Positions 32,166 through 42,199 of a stretch of DNA of 64,000 bases are shown here, piece by piece. Position 1 is the stretch's first letter. Every line of letters begins with the position of its first letter. Source of the DNA: an uncultured delta proteobacterium (GTDB lineage: Bacteria > Desulfobacterota > Desulfobacteria > Desulfobacterales > JAFDCJ01). The DNA lies in assembly GCA_963769935.1 (NCBI GenBank), contig CAVYNY010000013.1:512001-576000 (forward strand), given 5' to 3'. A program made the translations under genes and the position numbers. A model generated the notes under the pieces. The model worked only from the letters and a program-made list of their open reading frames with translations. It had not been told where the DNA came from and searched no databases.

Positions 32166-32336
32166 CGAATCCCCCCTTGGAATTTATAATTTGTATGATT
32201 TTAGCCTTTTAAAATTAGTCAGCCACGAATTGACACCAATAACCACGAATTATGGCAATCGGCGAAAGCAGGGTCACTGATAGGGGAAAAATATTTAAAA
32301 TCGACAGGATTCCTCAAATCTTCAATCTTCATTCTA

Positions 32337-32885
32337 TCAGATCTCGTTAACGTCAAAGGCCTCCACCCAGGTTTCAATCAGCTTTTCGGTGCGCTTCTTG
32401 AGTCTTTTCGAAATGATATCACTCATTTTTTTCATGATGACATAACCCAGCGCCGGGTCCGCTTCGAACATGGCCTTGAGTTCGGCAGCCGGCAGGGCAA
32501 TGACACGGACGGCCTTCAGACAATGGGCGGTGACGGTCCGCCGGCCGGGTCCGACCAGCGACGCCCAGCCGAACACCTGGCCCGGTTGAACCGAGTCGAC
32601 CACAATCGATTTTTCTTCTTCGACCATCCTGGCCTGGATGGCTTCTTCATATTCAATTTCGGTCTTCAGCACTCTGTCTTTGAACACAACATTTAATCCG
32701 ACTTCTCCCTCCAAAACGCCATAGAGATGCGCGGCCGGCTCGTCGTAACGAAAGATAACCTCGCCGGCTTTAAACGCCAGTATTTCTCCCCGGCGGGCGA
32801 TTTGTTCGAGTTTTTCGGGTGAAACATCGCTGAAAAACTTAAACCCCGCTAATAGATTTTTTTCGATCATGGTGGTCTCCTTCAC
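32337..32885 (-). CDS. Cyclic-nucleotide-binding (Crp-like) domain protein without an obvious HTH
   Basis: F.AGEVIF, LYGVLEGEV, GQVFGWASLV...RTVTA. Confidence 0.75.
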   Translation of the reverse strand: MKETTMIEKNLLAGFKFFSDVSPEKLEQIARRGEILAFKAGEVIFRYDEPAAHLYGVLEGEVGLNVVFKDRVLKTEIEYEEAIQARMVEEEKSIVVDSVQPGQVFGWASLVGPGRRTVTAHCLKAVRVIALPAAELKAMFEADPALGYVIMKKMSDIISKRLKKRTEKLIETWVEAFDVNEI

Positions 32886-32945
32886 CAGTATGGCCCACAG
32901 GTTCCCGGGTCATCATTACTTTATTTACAGGCGGCGGCTTAGGGC

Positions 32946-33446
32946 TCACTCCAGCATGGGTTCACGTCCCGCCTGCCCGCCCGGCTCCAAATCCGAATTG
33001 TTCATGATGGTGCGCGCGCAGGCATTCCAGCGTAAAACAGCATCATCGTTGCCGGCCAATCGCTGGTCCAGCGCCTTTTCGTAAGCGCTCATCGCCTGCC
33101 GGAACCAGTCGTAGGCCAGGTGGCCTGATCCGGGATTGCCCCGACCAAAATGAACCTTGGCGCGGCGTTCACAGATAATCCCTCGATAATAATTCCGGCA
33201 GTAATTGTCGGTCAGCCGCTGAACCGCCTCCCGCGCCTTTGCGAACGGTTGACTTAACTCGTTGGCAAACTGGTCGGTTAAGGCCAGGATCAGCGTCATC
33301 AGCGCCTGTTGATTTTCCGGTTCAACTTCCAGAATATCCAGACAGATGCTCTCCGCTTCTACGGGCTCGTTCAGGTATCGGTAACAGGTTGCTTTTTCAA
33401 GCGCGGCCGGAATTGCTTCCGCGGATAGAGGTTTGAGCTTGAACAT
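32946..33446 (-). CDS. Hypothetical helical (TPR-like) protein
   Basis: Starts 1 bp after the sdhB stop; AESICLDILEVEPENQQAL TPR-like helix pair. Confidence 0.65.
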   Translation of the reverse strand: MFKLKPLSAEAIPAALEKATCYRYLNEPVEAESICLDILEVEPENQQALMTLILALTDQFANELSQPFAKAREAVQRLTDNYCRNYYRGIICERRAKVHFGRGNPGSGHLAYDWFRQAMSAYEKALDQRLAGNDDAVLRWNACARTIMNNSDLEPGGQAGREPMLE

Positions 33447-33447
33447 A

Positions 33448-34158
33448 TTAGTCCCCCTTTTCTTTCTTTTTCAGCACGCGTTTGATCTGAGCCAGACATT
33501 TGGTAACGGGAATATTTTTGGGGCAAACATCCGTGCACCACCACATGGTTTTGCAGCCCCAGATACCGTCGTCACTGTCGATTTCTTCAAGCCGATCGTC
33601 GGTGGCCGCATCGCGGGAATCGAAGATGTATCTGAAAGCCCTCAAAAGAGCCGCCGGACCTGCATAATCCGGATTGGTCCGGGTAATCGGACAGCTGGCG
33701 GTGCAGGATGCACACAGGATACAGCGCAGCGCAGGCTCAAAAAATTGCTGCGTTTTGCTGTCCTGAAGCCGTTCTTTGTCCGGGGGCGTTTGGTCATTGA
33801 TTAAATACGGCCTGACTGAGCGGTGCTTTTCAAAAAACGGTCCCAAATCGACTACCAGGTCTTTGATAACTTTAAAAAACGGCAGCGGCTCGATCACAAA
33901 ATTATTCCCGGTTTTAAAATCCCGCACGAGTTTTTGGCAGGCCAGTTCGACGCGACTGTTGATAACCAGGGCATCCGATCCGCATATTCCGTGCGCGCAC
34001 GAATAGCGGTAGGCCAGTGTGGGATCCTGCTCCCAGCGGATTTTGTTCATACAGTCCAGTATTTTGTCGGTGGGCGCGGCCTCCACCTCATATTCCTGAT
34101 AGCGGCTTGCTTTATCAACCGCGGGGTCGAAACGGTAGATGATAAAGGTGCATTTCAT
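33448..34158 (-). CDS. sdhB: Succinate dehydrogenase/fumarate reductase Fe-S subunit
   Basis: SCAHGICGSD, CILCASCTASCP, CKTMWWCTDVCP. Confidence 0.92.
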   Translation of the reverse strand: MKCTFIIYRFDPAVDKASRYQEYEVEAAPTDKILDCMNKIRWEQDPTLAYRYSCAHGICGSDALVINSRVELACQKLVRDFKTGNNFVIEPLPFFKVIKDLVVDLGPFFEKHRSVRPYLINDQTPPDKERLQDSKTQQFFEPALRCILCASCTASCPITRTNPDYAGPAALLRAFRYIFDSRDAATDDRLEEIDSDDGIWGCKTMWWCTDVCPKNIPVTKCLAQIKRVLKKKEKGD

Positions 34159-34159
34159 T

Positions 34160-35884
34160 TTAATATTTCCTTTCCTTGGGTTGGAACCGGGTAATCGTTA
34201 CGGGTTTTTCGAAAATCTGCGGCGCAGCGCCCGTGAAACGGACCAGCGTGTGCACCAGGAACTGCACATCGTCGCGCACCGGATAATCTTCCCGGAAATG
34301 GGCCCCGCGGCTTTCTTTACGATACAGGGCCCCCGCTACGATGACCTCGGCCAGATCCAGCATGTGCCCCAGCTCGACGGCATCCAGCAAATCCCGGTTG
34401 AAACAGCTGCCCTTATCCTTCAGGCGGATGCCCTGATAGCGCTGTTTCAATTCCCGAATCTGCTCCAGTGCTTCGCCCAGACCCGCCGCGGTGCGGAAAA
34501 CCGATGCTTTTTCCATCATAATTTCCTGCATTTGCGCCATGATAGGACCGGCGCTCTCCGTTCCCTTCCCGTTCATCAGTTCTGCTATGCGCGCGGCGGC
34601 TTTTTCAGCGTATTCAGGCGAAGCCGGCGGCATCTCAACGGTCTTAACAAAGCGACGGATTTCCATACCGGACCTGCGGCCGAACACCAGGGTATCCAGC
34701 AGGGAATTGCATCCCAGCCGGTTGGCGCCGTGGACCGAAACACAGGCACACTCGCCGGCCGCAAACAGTCCCGTAAAAACCGTGCCATCGGCGTCGAGGA
34801 TCACCCGCCCATCCACGTCGGAAGCGATGCCGCCCATCATGTAATGACAGGTCGGCTGGACCGGAATAGGCTCCTTGGCGGCATCAACACCGGCATAGGT
34901 TTGGGCAAAACCGGTAATTTCGGCCAGCTTGGATTTGATGACATCCTCGCCGAGATGGGTCATATCCAGATGAACATAATCCTTGCCGTCTATCCCCCTG
35001 CCGGCTCGGACTTCCTCCAGAATGCAGCGGGAAACCATGTCCCTGGGAGCCAGGTCTTTGATAACCGGAGCGTAGCGCTCCATAAACCTTTCCCCTTTGC
35101 TGTTGCGCAGGATGCCGCCTTCACCGCGGGCGGCTTCACTGATCAGAATTCCGAGTTTGTAAATTCCCGTCGGATGAAACTGCACGAATTCCATGTCTTC
35201 CAGCGGTGCGCCGGCGCGATAGGCCAGCGCCATGCCGTCACCGGTTGATGCAAAGGCATTGGAAGTGGTCTTATATATTTTGCCGGCGCCGCCGGCGGCC
35301 AACAATACGGCCTTGCTGTAGAAGGTATGCAGTTTGCCGGTGGCCAGTTCATAGGCAACCGCACCGCAGCAGCGGCCGTTGTCCACAATCAGGGACAATA
35401 CCTGAAACTCATCATAGAATTTAATGCCTCTTTGCAGGCACTGTTCCCACAGGGTGTCCAAAATGACCCGGCCGGTGCGATCGGCTGCGAAACAGGCCCG
35501 TTTCACAGGAGCCTTGCCGAAGTTGCTGGTGTGTCCGCCGAAAGCTCTTTGAGCAATTTTGCCTTCCGCGGTCCGGTTGAAGGGCACTCCCAAATGCTCC
35601 AACTCGTAAATGGTGCGCGGCGCATCTTTGGCCATGGTTTCGATGGCATCCTGATCGCCCAGGTAGTCGCTGCCCTTGACGGTGTCAAACATGTGCCATT
35701 CCCAGTTGTCGTCTTCCTCGTTGGCCAGGGCGGCACCAATCCCGCCCTGGGCGGCTCCCGAATGGGAACGGGTGGCAAACACCTTGCTGAGCACGGCGAC
35801 CTCGGCATCGTGGCCGATCTCTATGGCAGCGCGCATTCCGGCCAGGCCGGCACCGATAATAATGGCGTCATACTGATGTTCCAT
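34160..35884 (-). CDS. sdhA: Succinate dehydrogenase/fumarate reductase flavoprotein
   Basis: RSHSGAAQGG, QFHPT, EAARGEG, HYMMGG, HGANRLG, ESRGAH. Confidence 0.95.
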   Translation of the reverse strand: MEHQYDAIIIGAGLAGMRAAIEIGHDAEVAVLSKVFATRSHSGAAQGGIGAALANEEDDNWEWHMFDTVKGSDYLGDQDAIETMAKDAPRTIYELEHLGVPFNRTAEGKIAQRAFGGHTSNFGKAPVKRACFAADRTGRVILDTLWEQCLQRGIKFYDEFQVLSLIVDNGRCCGAVAYELATGKLHTFYSKAVLLAAGGAGKIYKTTSNAFASTGDGMALAYRAGAPLEDMEFVQFHPTGIYKLGILISEAARGEGGILRNSKGERFMERYAPVIKDLAPRDMVSRCILEEVRAGRGIDGKDYVHLDMTHLGEDVIKSKLAEITGFAQTYAGVDAAKEPIPVQPTCHYMMGGIASDVDGRVILDADGTVFTGLFAAGECACVSVHGANRLGCNSLLDTLVFGRRSGMEIRRFVKTVEMPPASPEYAEKAAARIAELMNGKGTESAGPIMAQMQEIMMEKASVFRTAAGLGEALEQIRELKQRYQGIRLKDKGSCFNRDLLDAVELGHMLDLAEVIVAGALYRKESRGAHFREDYPVRDDVQFLVHTLVRFTGAAPQIFEKPVTITRFQPKERKY

Positions 35885-36330
35885 GATTCACCTCATATTC
35901 CCGCTTTTACCCGGGTCGGTTCATGTTTAATTAATCTCTGGTTGCCTTTTCCGGGCCGCAGGCCCTGCCCGCTCTCCAAGCTGGAAGCAGGGCCGGTCCG
36001 GGTATGAAATTTCCGGTTATTCCAAATTCGGGGGTTTAGATGAAAGACAAAGCGTGATTCTGAACAGCCATTTTATAAATTACCGCCCGGCATAAGTAAA
36101 GCCTTTTTTATTAGGCGGATAGGATCACAATTGAAGCTTGACAACATTGGACGAAGTGTTACATCTTATGCATGCCGACGGCTTACCGGGCCTTTACGCA
36201 GCAAGCTTAAAACCCTAATCCCGGATTCAGCAGCGTTATCCGTGGCGATACGGGGGCGATATTGCTGGTGAAATATTTTCTTGAAAATAAGTTACTGTAT
36301 TTACGAAATAGAGTACCTATCAGGCTATAA

Positions 36331-36780
36331 ATGTTAGGGGAAAAATCCGGAGACAGATCCGCAGCGTCGCATACGACAGCCTTCGAAGAGGTCGAACACA
36401 CAGCCGACAGGGCGCTGAAAATTTACGGATCCGACCTGCGCCAGCTCCTGGTCAATGCGGCCCATGGAATGAACAGCCTTATGCTCAAAGAGCCGGCTGC
36501 CGCTTCGACGCCGGTTGAAAAGCCGGTGGTACTGGAGGCCATGGATGCTGAAGGTCTGCTGGTCGAATGGTTGAGCGAACTGGCGTTCTGGGCGGAAACC
36601 GAGATGCTCGTTTTTTCCAGATTTGAACTGCATGAGGTGTCGTCGATCCGCCTTGAAGCGACCCTATATGGCAGCAAGGCGGATCAGCTGGAAAAACATA
36701 TCAAGGCGGTAACCTACCACAATTTGGAAATTGTTCGGACCGCCGCCGGATTGTCGGCCGTTGTGGTGTTTGATGTGTGA
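36331..36780 (+). CDS. Archease
   Basis: EEVEHTAD, LLVEWLSEL, IKAVTYH, VVFDV C-terminus. Confidence 0.9.
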   Translation: MLGEKSGDRSAASHTTAFEEVEHTADRALKIYGSDLRQLLVNAAHGMNSLMLKEPAAASTPVEKPVVLEAMDAEGLLVEWLSELAFWAETEMLVFSRFELHEVSSIRLEATLYGSKADQLEKHIKAVTYHNLEIVRTAAGLSAVVVFDV

Positions 36781-36998
36781 TAGGTTTGCCGGTTCGCCCG
36801 TTGACCGGTCAGCCGGCTTATATTCAACCTAATCCGGCAAAGCGAGCTAAGCAGGATACTCAACATTGTTGAGTTAAGTTGACCACTGTTTTCTTAGGGA
36901 AAAAAACTGAACTTCTGGGGGTAGCCGTCAACGGGCAAACGGGTCAACCGGCCAACGGGCAAAACCCAAGTATCTCTCCGCATTGATGGAGGTGCCTT

Positions 36999-38450
36999 AT
37001 GGTCAGCATCAATGATTTTAAACATATCGAGGAATTCGTTTACGAAGTTCCGACCTCGTATCGCAAAGACATGCGCGTTCCGGCGCGGTTCTACGCAGAT
37101 GCCGTCCTGCTGGAAGGTGTTAAAAATGACCTGAGTTTGGAACAATTGGTCAACACGGCCGCACTGCCCGGGGCCGTCAAATACGCTCTGGCCATGCCGG
37201 ATATTCACCAGGGATACGGGTTTCCCATCGGCGGGGTCGTGGCCACCAAATTGCCCGACGGGGTGATATCGCCGGGCGGCGTTGGTTATGATATCAACTG
37301 CGGCGTGCGTCTGCTGGCAACCCATCTGGAGCATGAAGAAGCAAAACCCTACCTGGAAGATCTGGCCTCGGCCTTATATGTCAATTGCCCCAGCGGGGTC
37401 GGCAAAGGCGGCAGCATCAAACTGAAGTCCGGTGAGCTGGATCAATTGCTGGAGGCCGGTTCGGCCTGGGCGTTAAAGCGCGGTCTGGCCGACGAATCAG
37501 ACCTGGAGCGCACTGAAGAAAATGGATGTCTGGCCGGGGCGGATGCGGCCAGGGTGAGCCCGCGTGCCAAGGAGCGCGGCAAAGGACAGGTGGGAACCCT
37601 GGGTGCCGGCAACCACTTCATTGAGATCGATGTGGTCGAGACTGTTTTCGACGAACCCGTCGCCCGTCGCATCGGCCTGTTTGAGGGCCGGATTGTCGTT
37701 CAGATTCATTGCGGATCGCGCGGTCTCGGTCACCAGGTTTGCACCGACTATGTCAAACGGTTTCAGAAGGTGACCGCAAAATATGGCTTTATCCTGCCTG
37801 ACCGGGAGCTCGTTTGTGCGCCGTTGAGCAGTCCGGAAGGTCAGGATTATCTGGCGGCCATGAAAGCCGCTGCAAACTATGCCTTTGCCAACCGCCAGGT
37901 GCTGGCCCATCACATTCGACGCAGTTTTGAGAAGGTTCTGGCCGGCAAAGTCGACAACCATCACATCTACCAGATTTACGACATTGCCCATAACATGGCC
38001 AAAATCGAAACCCATGAGGTCGAAGGCAGCAGGGTCAAACTATGTGTTCATCGCAAGGGGGCCACCCGGGCCTTCGGTCCCGGTGCAGCGGAGCTGCCCT
38101 CCGCCTTCCGCGACATCGGCCAGCCGGTCCTGGTGCCCGGCTCCATGGGAACCGCCAGCTGGGTGCTGGTTGGAACGCCCGCCTCGATGAACCGGACTTT
38201 CGGCTCCACGTGCCACGGTGCCGGCCGCACTATGAGCCGCAATAAGGCAAAAAGATCCGTGCACGGCACCCAATTGCGCGACCGGCTCGAATCCCAGGGA
38301 ATTCGTGTGCGGGCCGGCAGCATGTCCGGCCTGGCGGAAGAGGCCCCGATTGCCTACAAAGACGTCGACCGGGTGGTTGAGGTCGTACACGGCGCCGGCA
38401 TTGCCAAAAAGGTGGCACGGTTGACGCCGGTAGCGGTGGTGAAGGGTTAA
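36999..38450 (+). CDS. rtcB: RNA-splicing/repair ligase RtcB (long, archaeal-like type)
   Basis: [50 protein letters not shown]. Confidence 0.95.
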   Translation: MVSINDFKHIEEFVYEVPTSYRKDMRVPARFYADAVLLEGVKNDLSLEQLVNTAALPGAVKYALAMPDIHQGYGFPIGGVVATKLPDGVISPGGVGYDINCGVRLLATHLEHEEAKPYLEDLASALYVNCPSGVGKGGSIKLKSGELDQLLEAGSAWALKRGLADESDLERTEENGCLAGADAARVSPRAKERGKGQVGTLGAGNHFIEIDVVETVFDEPVARRIGLFEGRIVVQIHCGSRGLGHQVCTDYVKRFQKVTAKYGFILPDRELVCAPLSSPEGQDYLAAMKAAANYAFANRQVLAHHIRRSFEKVLAGKVDNHHIYQIYDIAHNMAKIETHEVEGSRVKLCVHRKGATRAFGPGAAELPSAFRDIGQPVLVPGSMGTASWVLVGTPASMNRTFGSTCHGAGRTMSRNKAKRSVHGTQLRDRLESQGIRVRAGSMSGLAEEAPIAYKDVDRVVEVVHGAGIAKKVARLTPVAVVKG

Positions 38451-38546
38451 GGAGCGCCGTGGCTCAAGTCCAAAAAAAAACATTGATGCTTCATTGGATT
38501 TTGTATTAAACATAAGAGAGCTGAAAAAAAAGGGGGAAGGGCCATC

Positions 38547-39464
38547 ATGCGAGTACAATTTAAAAATATTTTGTGCGCGACTGATTTTTCGGATTTCTCT
38601 AATAACACTGTTAATTACGGCGCGGCCCTGGCCAAGGAATTTGATGCCAAGCTGACCATCTGCCACGTAATAGATTTATCCTCGGTGGCCATTTACGGCG
38701 AATTCCAGCTGGATCCCATCGGGCAGCAGAATCGCATTGTGGAAGATGCCGCCGCCCAGCTGCAGGAATTGACGGGCGACCAGGCGGTGGCCTGGGAGCC
38801 GTTGATCACAGTCGGCAAACCGGCGGATGAAATCGCCCGGGCGGTTGAAGACAAAGGCATCGATCTGGTAATTACGGCCACCCGCGGCCGGTCGGGATTC
38901 AAGCGTTTTATCCTGGGTTCCGTTACCGAGCGTCTGATTCGCACCCTCACCTGTCCCCTGCTTGTGGTGCGCAGCCCGGAGCATGAATTTGTCAAAGCCC
39001 CGGGCGAAGAAATCAGGCTCAAAAAAATCCTCGTCGGCTGCGACTTCTCGCCGGACTCCGGCCAGGCATTTGATCACGCTGTAAGCCTGGCCCAGGAATT
39101 TGAGGCCGAATTGCATCTGACCCATGTAATTGAGCCCCCGGCGCAGCCGAATTTAATCAGAGAAGATAATTTAGTGTCGGAAAAAATCCAGGAAGATTAT
39201 CATAACCTGCTTATCCAAAAGCTCAGAGAGAAGGTTCCCCAGGAAGCCGTCAATTGGTGCATCCCGCAAACAAGCATCCTGGTAGGACAAGCCTATGAAG
39301 AAATTGTCAAATACGCCTATACCAGAGACATCGATATGATCGTGCTGGGAGTCCGCGGCCATGGACTGGTTAAAACCCTGTTTCTGGGCTCCACCACGGA
39401 TCGTGTTATTCGAAACTCGCCCTGCCCGGTTCTATCAGTAAGCTCGAAGGTGCAAAAGGAGTAG
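38547..39464 (+). CDS. Tandem universal stress protein
   Basis: Two USP repeats: ILCATDFS...GSVTERL and ILVGCDFS...GSTTDRV. Confidence 0.9.
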   Translation: MRVQFKNILCATDFSDFSNNTVNYGAALAKEFDAKLTICHVIDLSSVAIYGEFQLDPIGQQNRIVEDAAAQLQELTGDQAVAWEPLITVGKPADEIARAVEDKGIDLVITATRGRSGFKRFILGSVTERLIRTLTCPLLVVRSPEHEFVKAPGEEIRLKKILVGCDFSPDSGQAFDHAVSLAQEFEAELHLTHVIEPPAQPNLIREDNLVSEKIQEDYHNLLIQKLREKVPQEAVNWCIPQTSILVGQAYEEIVKYAYTRDIDMIVLGVRGHGLVKTLFLGSTTDRVIRNSPCPVLSVSSKVQKE

Positions 39465-39594
39465 CTGTAGAAGACCTGGATTGGTCAATGGTTTAAAATT
39501 CGTCCAAGTTCGTGAAATGAAGACAGGGGCGTCTTATAGCGAAGTGGATGTCACCGTCCTTGGATGCTGATACTAATAAGATCGGAGATAAAAA

Positions 39595-39774
39595 ATGAAA
39601 TCCGGCAAAATGTCCCGCTATGAAAGTCCCTGCGCCAAATACATCTACGATCCCGAAGCGGGCGACTACGAACGCAATATTCCCCCGGGCACACCCTTTG
39701 AAGACTTACCCCCTGACTGGTGCTGCCCCAAATGCGGCGCCGAGAAGGAATTTTTCGAGGAGCTGGAAGACTGA
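39595..39774 (+). CDS. Rubredoxin, atypical (59 aa, absent from ORF track)
   Basis: Hand translation MKSGKMSRYESPCAKYIYDPEAGDYERNIPPGTPFEDLPPDWCCPKCGAEKEFFEELED; GGAG RBS at 39584. Confidence 0.85.
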   Translation: MKSGKMSRYESPCAKYIYDPEAGDYERNIPPGTPFEDLPPDWCCPKCGAEKEFFEELED

Positions 39775-39957
39775 AACCTTACCCTGGAATTAGAGTCTTA
39801 ATTGTAATTTCTTTGCATTTTATGAAATCCGGCTGAGGCGGATCATCACGAAAACACGAAAACTATCTTTTATTGTTTTCGTGTTTTCGTCCCTTCGTGC
39901 TTTCGTGATTAATTTGTTCTTTTTGGCTTCGGCTTGTCCGCGTTAGGAATACTCTTA

Positions 39958-40241
39958 TTACGCCCAATACAACGTCAGGGAATCGTCGTCATGCAACTGC
40001 ACATGCGTCCCCAAAGCATGATCTTCCCTGCTCGAAACATCCCTCACCCATAATGCATCGTCTCCGGATACGCGGTTCAATCTGAAGCGTCTGATTAGGA
40101 TTCATGGATACGGGGATCCCCCGGATGGGGCAGCACCTGGTCGATACCCCTACCCGTCATGACGTCGCCGCCCATAAATATGGTTAGCGGGGTCGAAATA
40201 AGCGCCGGCGGATTTGTCTTTTTTTGAGCAATGTTTATCAT
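39958..40241 (-). pseudogene. CapA (poly-gamma-glutamate synthesis) family remnant with large internal deletion
   Basis: N-terminal GDVMTGRGIDQVLPHP.DPRIHES joined out of frame near 40095 to a C-terminal IRRFRLNRVSGDDALW...LTLYWA*. Confidence 0.7.
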
Positions 40242-40356
40242 TGGGGTATTTAGATACTGTTTAATCACGCGTGGCCGGATTGCAACCCGGGGGAGCCAAC
40301 GGCCGGAAGTTGGAAACTTTCGAATCCAAAATCGAATAAAACAAGGAGAAAATTTC

Positions 40357-41409
40357 ATGAACTCGAAGACAATGGAACTATTAGGCAATGAGGCTGAGAA
40401 TCTGCTGAACCATCAATGCAAAACAATTCCCAAAGAAGGGCTTCATCTGCCGGGACCCGATTTTGTGGATAAGGTCACGGCCGCTTCCGATCGAAGCGTG
40501 CGCGTGCTGCGGAATTTGCAGTCGCTGTTCAGTTTCGGCCGGCTGGCCGGAACGGGCTACCTTTCCCTGCTGCCGGTGGATCAGGGCGTCGAGCACACCG
40601 CGGGTGCCTCCTTTGCTCCGAACCCCATCTATTTTGACCCTGAAAATATCGTTAAGCTGGCTCTGGAGGCCGGCTGCAACGGCGTTGCCTCCACCCTGGG
40701 CATCCTGGGCGCAGTTGCCAGAAAATATGCTCACAGAATCCCGTTTATCCTGAAGTTCAACCACAACGAGCTTCTCACCTATCCCAATAAATATGATCAA
40801 ATCCTGTTCGCGAACATCGATCAGGCGTTTGATATGGGGGCGGTGGCGGTCGGCGCCACCATCTATTTCGGTTCTGCGGAAAGCAACCGGCAGATCCAGG
40901 AAGTTTCCGAGGCCTTCGCGCATGCCCATCAACTGGGCATGGCAACCATCCTCTGGGCCTATCTTAGAAATTCCGCTTTCAAGACCCAGGACGCCGACTA
41001 TCATGTCGCCTCCGATCTGACCGGGCAGGCCAATTACCTGGCCGTCACCATCGAAGCGGATATCGTCAAGCAAAAGCAGGCCGAGAACAACGGCGGTTTC
41101 AGGGCGCTGAAATTCGGGAAAACCCATGAAAAGATGTATTCGGAGCTGGCATCGGATCATCCGATCGACCTGGTCCGCTACCAGGTCGCCAACTGCTTCA
41201 TGGGGCGCATCGGCCTGATCAATTCCGGCGGCGGTTCCGGCAAAAATGATATGGCCCAAGCCGTGCGCACTGCAGTTATCAACAAACGGGCCGGGGGAAT
41301 GGGACTGATTTCAGGCCGCAAAACGTTTCAGAAACCCATGCCGGACGGCATCGCCATGTTTCACGCGATCCAGGACGTCTACCTGGACAAAGACATAACC
41401 GTCGCCTGA
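40357..41409 (+). CDS. fbaB: Class I fructose-bisphosphate aldolase (FbaB/DhnA)
   Basis: [45 protein letters not shown] before ATG 40357. Confidence 0.93.
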   Translation: MNSKTMELLGNEAENLLNHQCKTIPKEGLHLPGPDFVDKVTAASDRSVRVLRNLQSLFSFGRLAGTGYLSLLPVDQGVEHTAGASFAPNPIYFDPENIVKLALEAGCNGVASTLGILGAVARKYAHRIPFILKFNHNELLTYPNKYDQILFANIDQAFDMGAVAVGATIYFGSAESNRQIQEVSEAFAHAHQLGMATILWAYLRNSAFKTQDADYHVASDLTGQANYLAVTIEADIVKQKQAENNGGFRALKFGKTHEKMYSELASDHPIDLVRYQVANCFMGRIGLINSGGGSGKNDMAQAVRTAVINKRAGGMGLISGRKTFQKPMPDGIAMFHAIQDVYLDKDITVA

Positions 41410-41446
41410 GCGGCTGCCGAAAATAGTCACCGGCGGCAGACATAAT

Positions 41447-41574
41447 GCAGGGGAGGAGTTTATCCGCTCCCGGAAGGGGCGCTCTGATCCTTCGGTTACC
41501 GCCTGTCGGCCTTTCAAGTCGCATGGGTGTTTTCGGAGAGACGTTGCGGGAGAGGATAAAAACCTCTCCCCTAC
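41447..41574. repeat. REP doublet (REPIN-like) between convergent genes
   Basis: GCAGGGGAGGAGTTTATCCGCTCCCG ... CGGGAGAGGATAAAAACCTCTCCCCTAC imperfect inverted pair. Confidence 0.6.
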
Positions 41575-41981
41575 GATGAAGGAGATTCGACTTTAAGGGG
41601 TTTAAAATAGTCTCGGTAAAAACCACGGTCGCGGGTCAGCAACCGGTCGGCCAGAACAAGCGCATGTCCCCCAACCAGAAAGTCGGCAACTATGCGATCC
41701 CGCGGTTTCTGTTTCTTTCTGAAGGCGTACCAACGATTTGCTGCTTCCAACGCAGCTTCCAGCGTCATTGGGGAGTATTCAATTCCAATTCGGCTCATAA
41801 CATCCGCTGCTTTTTTAATCTTGCCGCCGTAGGCCGTCACCACCTCGGCCCACACCACTTCACATGCGATGACGGAACCATCCTGAAAGCAGCGCTTGAG
41901 CGCTTCTTTTGAGGCCGGACCAAATACGGGGTCAGGTTCGAGAATATCGATGAGTATATTGGTATCAATTGCCGTTATCAC
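41571..41981 (-). CDS. VapC/PIN toxin
   Basis: IDTNILID, VWAE, ADFLVGGHA, LLTRDRG. Confidence 0.9.
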   Translation of the reverse strand: MITAIDTNILIDILEPDPVFGPASKEALKRCFQDGSVIACEVVWAEVVTAYGGKIKKAADVMSRIGIEYSPMTLEAALEAANRWYAFRKKQKPRDRIVADFLVGGHALVLADRLLTRDRGFYRDYFKPLKVESPSS

Positions 41982-42199
41982 AGACTGCCCCGAAGCTCCT
42001 GCATGATATCATCGGTTCGGCGACCGCTCCCGAGGGTGCCATAGAGCTGATCGACAGCATCCGTGGCCACGGCTTTAACGGCAACCAGTTTGCCTTGATC
42101 CTCTTCGAATTCCAGGATAGTCCCGGGTCTAATACCCAATCGGTCCCGCAGGATTTTGGGGATCGTTACCTGCCCCCGATCTGCCACTTTTGCCTTCAT
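41978..42199 (-). CDS. AbrB/MazE/SpoVT-type antitoxin
   Basis: RGQVTIPK.LRDRLGIRPG; overlaps toxin start; TTGACA upstream on the minus strand (~42259). Confidence 0.88.
   Translation of the reverse strand: MKAKVADRGQVTIPKILRDRLGIRPGTILEFEEDQGKLVAVKAVATDAVDQLYGTLGSGRRTDDIMQELRGSL

Noticed and set aside
34139..35248. 369-aa plus-strand ORF and similar long antisense ORFs (e.g. 40381-41259, 20648-21298)
   Set aside because: They are shadows of well-supported genes on the opposite strand and carry no recognisable motifs.
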